Shown: piece by piece, positions 57,181-64,000 of the stretch
Layout: each line of letters starts with the position of its first letter
Position numbering within the stretch: the first letter of the stretch is position 1
Position numbers and translations under genes: made by a program
The notes under the pieces: generated by a model
What the model was told of the DNA's origin: nothing
Seen by the model: only the letters and a program-made list of their open reading frames with translations
Database searches by the model: none
NCBI GenBank assembly: GCA_964652315.1
Contig: CAZZBU010000001.1
Location: 84,870 to 148,869, forward strand
Length of the DNA: 64,000 nucleotides
Source of the DNA: an uncultured Bacteroidales bacterium
Lineage (GTDB): Bacteria > Bacteroidota > Bacteroidia > Bacteroidales > JAAAOM01
Direction of reading: 5' to 3'

Positions 57181-59088
57181 ATGGCATATCAATCATTGCA
57201 AGATTTTATTCATCAGCTTGAGAAAGAAGATGAACTTGTCCGTATACAGTCCTTTGTTGATCCGGTACTTGAGATTACCGAAATTACTGATCGGGTAAGC
57301 AAAAGCCGGAATGGAGGCAAGGCATTATTGTTTGAAAACACAGGGACCGGTTTCCCTTTGCTTATCAATGCGTTTGGCTCCGAAAAAAGAGTCTCCAGGG
57401 CATTAGGGGCTTCCAATCTGGATGAAATAGGCCGACGCATCAGTAAGCTGTTTCAATCCCTGATGAGTCCAAAACAAGGCTTAATGGATAAGTTGAAATT
57501 ATTGCCTTTGTTGTCCGAAATGAGCAGTTGGATGCCAAAGGTCAGAAGCGGTAGAGGAGCCTGTCAGGAGATTATTATGGAGAAACCGGATCTTTCACTC
57601 CTCCCCATACTTAAATGCTGGCCTTCGGATGGAGGCCGATTCATCACCCTGCCCATGGTCGTAACAAAAGACGCGGAAAGCGGAGTACGAAATGTTGGGA
57701 TGTACAGGATGCAGGTATTTGAAAAAAACGTTACAGGGATGCACTGGCACAGACATAAAGTAGGGGCCAGGCATTTTCTGCAATATAAAGCGCTGAATAG
57801 AAAGATGCCTGTTGCGGTGGCTTTGGGAGGCGACCCGGCACATATCTATGCCGCTACTGCTCCTTTGCCTGATAATATTGATGAATTTATGCTTTCCGGA
57901 TTCCTTCGTCAAAAAAAAGTCGAACTGGTTAAGGCAATTACCCAGGATATTGAAGTTCCGGCCGATGCAGATTTTATTATTGAGGGCTATATTGATCCGG
58001 AAGAGGATTTTCTGTATGAAGGACCTTTTGGAGATCATACCGGATTTTATTCCCTCGAGGATTATTTTCCGGCATTTCACGTGACCTGTATCACCCACAG
58101 AAAAAAAGCTGTCTATCCGGCTACAATCGTAGGGATACCGCCCCAGGAAGATGCCTGGATGGCAAAAGCCACTGAACGGATTTTTTTGAATCCCATCCGT
58201 TTTGCCATAGCACCTGAAATTACCGATATGCACATGCCCGATGAAGGCGTTGCCCATAACCTGACCCTGGTGAAAATTGATAAAACTTATCCCGGACAGG
58301 CACAAAAAGTTGCCCATGCATTATGGGGAGCTGGGCAAATGATGTTTAACAAGGTGATGGTGATTACAGATAAAAATATACCCCTGTCAAACACAAAAAA
58401 CCTGATACATGCACTCATCAGGGAATTTAACCCCCTTACCGATTTGTTTTTTAATACCGGCCCGCTGGATATTCTGGATCATAGTAGCAATGAGCCGGCT
58501 TTTGGAGGTAAACTGGGGATTAATTGTACGCAACAAATGACAGAAGAAAAAGGTTGGCAGCAACAGCAAATTGTGCACACCGTGAATCCGGGAAAGAAAA
58601 AGGCAATCCGGCAGGAAGCCCCTTTTCAAACACTGTACGATCAATTATTGAAGGATGGGATTCCCATAAGGTGGTTCGGCCTTGAGAAAGATGGAAATAA
58701 AAAGGAAAATATAGACATAGTTGCACTTGGAGATGAATTTGAAATGTTTGATGCAAAAATCAACATCATAATTGATACAGAGATAATTACTCAAAATATT
58801 TCCTTGTTAGTATGGATAACCCTGGCTAATATCGACCCTGTGAGGGATTGTATGGTTTTTAAAAATAATGATAAGGCAACCCTTGTAATCGATGCCAGAA
58901 GAAAAAGCAAGTATGCCAATAATTTTTACCGTAAATGGCCCAACTATGTTGCCTCTGATCCGTACACCATTCAAAAAATAAATGACAAGTGGACACAGTT
59001 GGGATTGGGAGAACGTGTTGCTTCTCCTTCAGAAGAAATTCTTTCATGGGGATTCGGCACTGCACCAGTAATTCCGGACAAAGATTGA
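57181..59088 (+). CDS. UbiD-family decarboxylase (menaquinone-biosynthesis-decarboxylase-like), long form
   Basis: LQDFIHQLEKEDELVRI start. NVGMYRMQV, ALGGDP and GPFGDHTGFY motifs of UbiD. No ubiX in the window. Confidence 0.8.
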   Translation: MAYQSLQDFIHQLEKEDELVRIQSFVDPVLEITEITDRVSKSRNGGKALLFENTGTGFPLLINAFGSEKRVSRALGASNLDEIGRRISKLFQSLMSPKQGLMDKLKLLPLLSEMSSWMPKVRSGRGACQEIIMEKPDLSLLPILKCWPSDGGRFITLPMVVTKDAESGVRNVGMYRMQVFEKNVTGMHWHRHKVGARHFLQYKALNRKMPVAVALGGDPAHIYAATAPLPDNIDEFMLSGFLRQKKVELVKAITQDIEVPADADFIIEGYIDPEEDFLYEGPFGDHTGFYSLEDYFPAFHVTCITHRKKAVYPATIVGIPPQEDAWMAKATERIFLNPIRFAIAPEITDMHMPDEGVAHNLTLVKIDKTYPGQAQKVAHALWGAGQMMFNKVMVITDKNIPLSNTKNLIHALIREFNPLTDLFFNTGPLDILDHSSNEPAFGGKLGINCTQQMTEEKGWQQQQIVHTVNPGKKKAIRQEAPFQTLYDQLLKDGIPIRWFGLEKDGNKKENIDIVALGDEFEMFDAKINIIIDTEIITQNISLLVWITLANIDPVRDCMVFKNNDKATLVIDARRKSKYANNFYRKWPNYVASDPYTIQKINDKWTQLGLGERVASPSEEILSWGFGTAPVIPDKD

Positions 59089-59141
59089 TTGCCCACATCT
59101 GTTGGTTAAAATCCGAATTATTGTTATATTAGCTGTACTTC

Positions 59142-62100
59142 ATGAAACTAAGCATTCAAATACTCGCATTTATCCTGTTTACTTCAGGTAGATTGTTATT
59201 TGGAATTGACGACGATGATTTTGAGTATTATACCATTGTGGATGGATTGTCGCAATCTTCCATTACATGCGTATTTAATGATTCGGAAGGGTATTTATGG
59301 GTGGGTACACAGGACGGTTTAAACCTCTATGATGGTTATGAATTTGAAATATTCAGAAAACAACCCTATGACACCACATCAATATCCAACAACAGCATCT
59401 TTACCATCTACGAAGACAGCAAGGGAATAATATGGATTGGTACACAAAACGGATTAAACAAGTTTAATAAACGAACACGTAGTTTTACATCTTACCTGGT
59501 AAATACTGATGGGAGCAGCAATCCTGACAACAATACCATATATGCCATACATGAAACAACTGACGGAACCTTATGGTTGAAAACCCTGGATTCGTTCCTT
59601 TCCTTTAACCCTGAAAACAGAACTTATAATTCACTTCGCTTATTTAACGATCCCTCAACCTTGGTTCAGGGGACCAATAACTTTGCTATCATTGAGCAAG
59701 ACACGAATAAATTGTGGGTTGGGACTAAAGACGGGCTTTATTTTGTTGATTTGAAAACCGTTGAGGTAACACGTTATACTCACAGCAGTAGGGATCCCCA
59801 AAGCCTGAGTGATGATAAGGTGCGTGCTCTATACCTTGATGATAAGAATAATCTTTGGATAGGTACAAGTGATGGCCTGAATATGTTTAACACCGGGGAG
59901 AATAGTTTCACCCGGTATTATCTTTCTGAAAGCAAAGAGTTTAACCTTAGTAATACCATAAACTTCATATATCCTTTTGATAGTCTGAATCTGGTAATTG
60001 GTACAACTCATGGGTTAGGCACATTCAACAGAAAAACAAAAACAATCACACAGCAATGGGTTTTTTCAGACAATCAACAGGCATACCGTAATGATTATTT
60101 TTCCTCAATTGTCATTGACCAGGCTGATATTATGTGGTTAGGAACCTACAGGGGACTGATTAAAAAAGACCTGAAACCAAAAAAATTCAAATTAATTAAT
60201 GAAGATAATAATCCGATACCCGGGGTTACAAGTTATGATATTGCTTCAATTTATGTAGATGATGAAGAAAACCTGTGGCTGGGCACCTGGGGCGATGGGT
60301 TGAATATTATTTCACCGCATGGAAAAGTTACCACTTACACCTCTACTAATTCCTATCGTGCCCGTAGAATCAGGAATGATTTTGTACATGTATTACACCA
60401 GGATAATACCGGTAAACTTTGGATGGGATCCCAGAATGGACTATCCGTTTATAACAACCGACAATTTGTGGATGTATGCAGAATATACCCATGGCTGGCA
60501 TGTGATGCGTTCGACGAGCATATCATTTATGAATTGTTCAATTTTTCTGAGGAGGAACATTGGGTTGCAAGCAATCATGGGTTAATTATCATTGATACAA
60601 AAAAGAAACACCTGGAGCGGCATAACAGGTTCCTATACAACAACAAGCCAATTATATTTGGATCGGTATATTCCATTAAGAGGGATGACGCAGGTATGAT
60701 ATGGCTTGGAACAGATAATGGATTGCTGAAATTAACGGAAGAATTGACCGTTGAAGATCATTATTACCACAACGCTGAGCATGAAACCAATCGCATTAGT
60801 GGGAATAATATCTATTCCCTGTTAAATACAAAAGACGGTACCCTATGGGCAGGGACCGGTTCGGGGTTGAACATGTTTCAAAAAGACAAAAACCAGTTCA
60901 GGGTTTACTCCGAACGCGACGGATTGCCAAATAATTTGATATACGAAATGCACGAAGACCGGAAAGGACATTTGTGGATTTCAACCAACAGGGGGCTGGC
61001 TCAGTTTTTACCGGAAGAACAACGCTTTTATAGCTATGATCTGCATGACGGTTTGCAAAACTACGAATACAACCTTGGAGCTTCCTTTGAAACAAAGGAC
61101 GGGAAGCTTTATTTTGGAGGGATTTCAGGTCTGAATGTTTTTTATCCGGACTCCATAGAATTAAATACACATAAACCCAAAGCAGTAATCACTGCAATAG
61201 AAGAAGTAAACCAGCAAGGTGTTAGACCATTAGTACCATCTCCAGAGAATGTAGTACACATAAATTCAAGATCGTTGCTGAATATCCGGTTTTCTGCGCT
61301 TGATTTTACACTGCCTGAAAAAAATCTTTATAAATATAAAATTCTTCAAAACGGAAACGAACAACAATGGATTGAGCTTGGGAATAAGCACGAAGCAACC
61401 TTTCACGGGCTCGATCCCGGAACATACAAATTGATAATCAGTGGCTCGAATAACGATCAGGTTTGGAACGAAGATGAACCTGCCGTAATTAATATCGAAG
61501 TGAGCACACCGGTGTGGGAATCGCCTCTGGCGTATGTCGTTTACACACTAATTGTAGTTTTACTGATTTACATTTTCTTTCGCTACCGTACCCGTACCCT
61601 GCGCCAGCTAAACAAAGAATATAAGGAAAGGGAGCGCATCAGCCGGCAGGTAGCCAAACAGAAAGAGGAGTTGACCCTGAAAAATAAAAATATAACCGAT
61701 AGCATTAACTATGCTAAACGAATCCAGGAGGCCATGATGCCTTCGAAATCTTTGTTTAAAAAGTATATTCCTGAATCTTTTGTCTTACACATGCCCAAAG
61801 ACATTGTCAGCGGCGATTTTTACTGGATACATAAAAAAGGCGATAAAACATTTGTGGCGGCAGTGGACTGTACCGGCCACGGTGTGCCAGGAGCTTTTAT
61901 GTCGATAATTGGCTTTGAACTCTTCAGGAAAATTACCAACATACAAGGCATAGAAGAACCCGCCAGCATTTTAAATACGCTGAATGAAGATTTTGCCGAG
62001 GTATTTAAGGATGTTACGGACTTTACCCTGCGCGATGGTATGGACATAGCCTTTTGCGTTATTGATAAGAAGAATAAACAACTGGAATACGCCGGGGCTT

Positions 62101-62456
62101 TTAACCCGTTATACCTTATTCGGGATAATAAAATCAGCGAATTAAAAGGCGACAGGTTCTCTGTGGGCATTGAAACAAGCGAAGTGATTGATGCCCCCCG
62201 TAAATTCAAAAATCATCTGGTTCAGCTCGAAGACGATGATATCATATTTATTTTTTCAGATGGTTATGCCGACCAGTTTGGCGGGCCCGAAGGGAAGAAG
62301 TATAAATACCGACGTTTCAGGCACTTATTGCTCACCGTACACAAATTACCCATGGACCTGCAACATGATCTTCTGAAAAAAAGCATTCTTGACTGGAAAG
62401 ATGAACTTGACCAGGTTGATGACATCCTGGTGATTGGATTCAAACCCTGTAAATAA
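59142..62456 (+). CDS. Sensor protein: periplasmic two-component-regulator propeller repeats + Y_Y_Y domain + TM helix + cytoplasmic SpoIIE/PP2C phosphatase
   Basis: Many W.GT..GL repeats. YKYKILQNGNEQQWIELG Y_Y_Y motif. TM helix LAYVVYTLIVVLLIYIFF. PP2C motifs SGDFYW, VDCTGHGVPGAFMS and FSDGYADQFGG. Confidence 0.8.
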   Translation: MKLSIQILAFILFTSGRLLFGIDDDDFEYYTIVDGLSQSSITCVFNDSEGYLWVGTQDGLNLYDGYEFEIFRKQPYDTTSISNNSIFTIYEDSKGIIWIGTQNGLNKFNKRTRSFTSYLVNTDGSSNPDNNTIYAIHETTDGTLWLKTLDSFLSFNPENRTYNSLRLFNDPSTLVQGTNNFAIIEQDTNKLWVGTKDGLYFVDLKTVEVTRYTHSSRDPQSLSDDKVRALYLDDKNNLWIGTSDGLNMFNTGENSFTRYYLSESKEFNLSNTINFIYPFDSLNLVIGTTHGLGTFNRKTKTITQQWVFSDNQQAYRNDYFSSIVIDQADIMWLGTYRGLIKKDLKPKKFKLINEDNNPIPGVTSYDIASIYVDDEENLWLGTWGDGLNIISPHGKVTTYTSTNSYRARRIRNDFVHVLHQDNTGKLWMGSQNGLSVYNNRQFVDVCRIYPWLACDAFDEHIIYELFNFSEEEHWVASNHGLIIIDTKKKHLERHNRFLYNNKPIIFGSVYSIKRDDAGMIWLGTDNGLLKLTEELTVEDHYYHNAEHETNRISGNNIYSLLNTKDGTLWAGTGSGLNMFQKDKNQFRVYSERDGLPNNLIYEMHEDRKGHLWISTNRGLAQFLPEEQRFYSYDLHDGLQNYEYNLGASFETKDGKLYFGGISGLNVFYPDSIELNTHKPKAVITAIEEVNQQGVRPLVPSPENVVHINSRSLLNIRFSALDFTLPEKNLYKYKILQNGNEQQWIELGNKHEATFHGLDPGTYKLIISGSNNDQVWNEDEPAVINIEVSTPVWESPLAYVVYTLIVVLLIYIFFRYRTRTLRQLNKEYKERERISRQVAKQKEELTLKNKNITDSINYAKRIQEAMMPSKSLFKKYIPESFVLHMPKDIVSGDFYWIHKKGDKTFVAAVDCTGHGVPGAFMSIIGFELFRKITNIQGIEEPASILNTLNEDFAEVFKDVTDFTLRDGMDIAFCVIDKKNKQLEYAGAFNPLYLIRDNKISELKGDRFSVGIETSEVIDAPRKFKNHLVQLEDDDIIFIFSDGYADQFGGPEGKKYKYRRFRHLLLTVHKLPMDLQHDLLKKSILDWKDELDQVDDILVIGFKPCK

Positions 62457-62596
62457 TATTTAAAAAAACGGATTGTGATCCCTGTAACGATGTGGTGTTT
62501 CGAAGGTTTGTTTCATAAGAGGAAGGAATTTGCGAACAAAGTGTTTATGATATCAGACTTCCGTTTTTATGCTTAACCAACTCTTTGTTTGATGTG

Positions 62597-64000
62597 CTAT
62601 CTGGGTTGTTCAACCAGCTTTCGCATTTTTTGTATCAAAACATCAATCTGAAAGGGTTTGCTGATGTAATCATTCATTCCGGCTGCCAGGCATGATTCTT
62701 TGTCACCGGCAAGTGCATTGGCGGTTATGGCAATAATGGGAGTTTGTATGTTGCTGCTTACCTCCAACTCACGTATTTTTCTTGTGGAAACTATGCCATC
62801 CATGACAGGCATTTGAATATCCATTAGAATAATATCGTATTTTGAAGTCCCGAATTTATCGAGCGCTTCTTTTCCGTTATTGGCAACATCAATATTCTTA
62901 ACCACCTTTTTGAGGCTTAGAATAACAATTTTTTGATTGATGAGGTTGTCTTCAACAAGCAGAACATTGGCATCCGACAGGTTTACCGAAGGACTTGATT
63001 TTGGTGAGGCCCCGGGCTCTACCATGCGCTGTGACATGCTGCTTTTTCCTGGTTTGACAAATTTTAGCGTAAAAGAAAAGGAGGTGGTCTGGCCATCTGA
63101 TTTTATATCAAGTCTGCTATTGTTCAATTTCAGAATTTTCTTGGCGATGGTCAGGTCGCATTGCGGAATATCTTCAATGATTAATTCAGGGTTAATTTCT
63201 GTCATCACAGGTTTAATGTTATGTTCCGTTATATCTTCTTTAGAAAAGGGCAGGGCATTATCGCTGTTAATCGTGGTTTTTACCACAATATGGTTGTCCG
63301 ATTTGGTTACGTAGTCCATTTTCACCGTAATGGAGATGTGTTCATTGTTCAATCCGTGATCCACAATATTCTCAATAATGTTCAGGAAAATCTGTTTTAT
63401 CCGGATAGGATCAGCATGAACAAATTCTTCATCCAGCTTATTTTCGGCATTAAAGGTAATCGTTGATTTTTCAGAGTATTGTTCTTCAAGAATATTCAGC
63501 GAGGTTTTAATTGTTGATATAAGGTTGAAGTTACGCTGGCTTGAGGCTGTGGAAGTAAATTCAACATTGGTTACTTTAACTATGTTGTTTACCACATTTA
63601 CCAGGGTAGTTGTGGAAGCCATAATGGTTTCCATCAGTTCTTTCTGACTGTCATTAAGTTCTGATTCCTTCACCAGGTTAGATATTACCATGATGTTATT
63701 CAAAGGAGTACGAATCTGGTGAGACAATTTTGAGATAAATCCGTCCTTGGTTTTGCAGTCGGTTTGGAGTGCATCTATTTGGTTTTTATGGTGGCGATAA
63801 TGAATCAGGCTTACCTCTTCAAATAAAAAATACAATCCAACTATCAGCAGGTAGAAACCACCGGCTTCCAGCAAATGAAGGCCGTTGATGGCAGGAAATG
63901 CTGCATACAGGTTTTTACCGGCTGCTATCAATCCCATGATTACCAGAAGATATACGACACTTATAATGCTTCCCTGGCGGTTACCTTTTAAAGGCAACAC
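62597..64000 (-). CDS. Hybrid sensor histidine kinase / response regulator (N-terminus may lie beyond window end); ATP-binding boxes degenerate
   Basis: TM segments. H-box SHQIRTPLN. N-box-like LNIIENIVDH. C-terminal receiver domain (VEDN, LMDIQMP, AITA, SKP). Confidence 0.8.
   Translation of the reverse strand: MLPLKGNRQGSIISVVYLLVIMGLIAAGKNLYAAFPAINGLHLLEAGGFYLLIVGLYFLFEEVSLIHYRHHKNQIDALQTDCKTKDGFISKLSHQIRTPLNNIMVISNLVKESELNDSQKELMETIMASTTTLVNVVNNIVKVTNVEFTSTASSQRNFNLISTIKTSLNILEEQYSEKSTITFNAENKLDEEFVHADPIRIKQIFLNIIENIVDHGLNNEHISITVKMDYVTKSDNHIVVKTTINSDNALPFSKEDITEHNIKPVMTEINPELIIEDIPQCDLTIAKKILKLNNSRLDIKSDGQTTSFSFTLKFVKPGKSSMSQRMVEPGASPKSSPSVNLSDANVLLVEDNLINQKIVILSLKKVVKNIDVANNGKEALDKFGTSKYDIILMDIQMPVMDGIVSTRKIRELEVSSNIQTPIIAITANALAGDKESCLAAGMNDYISKPFQIDVLIQKMRKLVEQPR

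Noticed and set aside
57595-58317. A 240-aa ORF antisense to the UbiD-family gene.
   Set aside because: It lies entirely within and opposite a well-supported conserved CDS. Its composition is odd (rich in F, I, C, G and H), it has no recognisable motifs and it lacks start-region signals. This is a typical shadow ORF.

Overview
This window looks like a chromosomal segment from a Bacteroidota bacterium. The evidence is TAnnTTTG-type -7 promoter boxes, almost no Shine-Dalgarno sequences, a T9SS type-B C-terminal sorting domain, a DUF5683 gene after parAB, and the absence of tuf between fusA and rpsJ. About 60% of the window is core housekeeping. A contiguous str-S10-spc-alpha ribosomal superoperon runs from rpsL to rplQ (36.2-54.2 kb) and includes secY, map, infA and rpoA. 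It is followed by eno, gltA and a UbiD-family decarboxylase. Upstream lie an A2-type caa3 cytochrome c oxidase operon with SCO1, pssA, a glutaminyl cyclase and parAB. The accessory parts are as follows. (i) A glycan-modification cluster at 0-9.2 kb, with two GtrB-like GT2 genes, an MBOAT plus SGNH-like pair, an FrhB-like protein, a methyltransferase, a UPF0104 flippase-like protein and a GT-C-like protein. (ii) A stand-alone EF-G paralogue whose GTPase motifs are degenerate. (iii) An MBOAT plus two SGNH genes just downstream of an MltD-like lytic transglycosylase, which resembles a peptidoglycan O-acetylation cluster. (iv) A surface-lipoprotein gene plus two paralogous predicted beta-barrel genes. 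(v) A Y_Y_Y-propeller/SpoIIE sensor phosphatase convergent with a hybrid histidine kinase whose ATP-binding boxes are degenerate. The most unusual non-genic signal is a 5.6-kb hotspot (14.9-20.5 kb). It holds four intergenic repeat loci built from short-period units (7 bp, 10-11 bp, 45 bp) in inverted or tandem arrangement. Two of them bracket small genes, a four-helix-bundle gene and a truncated GxxExxY gene; the four-helix-bundle family is named for 23S rRNA intervening sequences. I did not recognise any rRNA, tRNA, CRISPR array, transposase, integrase or known defence system. All homology calls come from reading the translations and motifs by eye, because no searches could be run.
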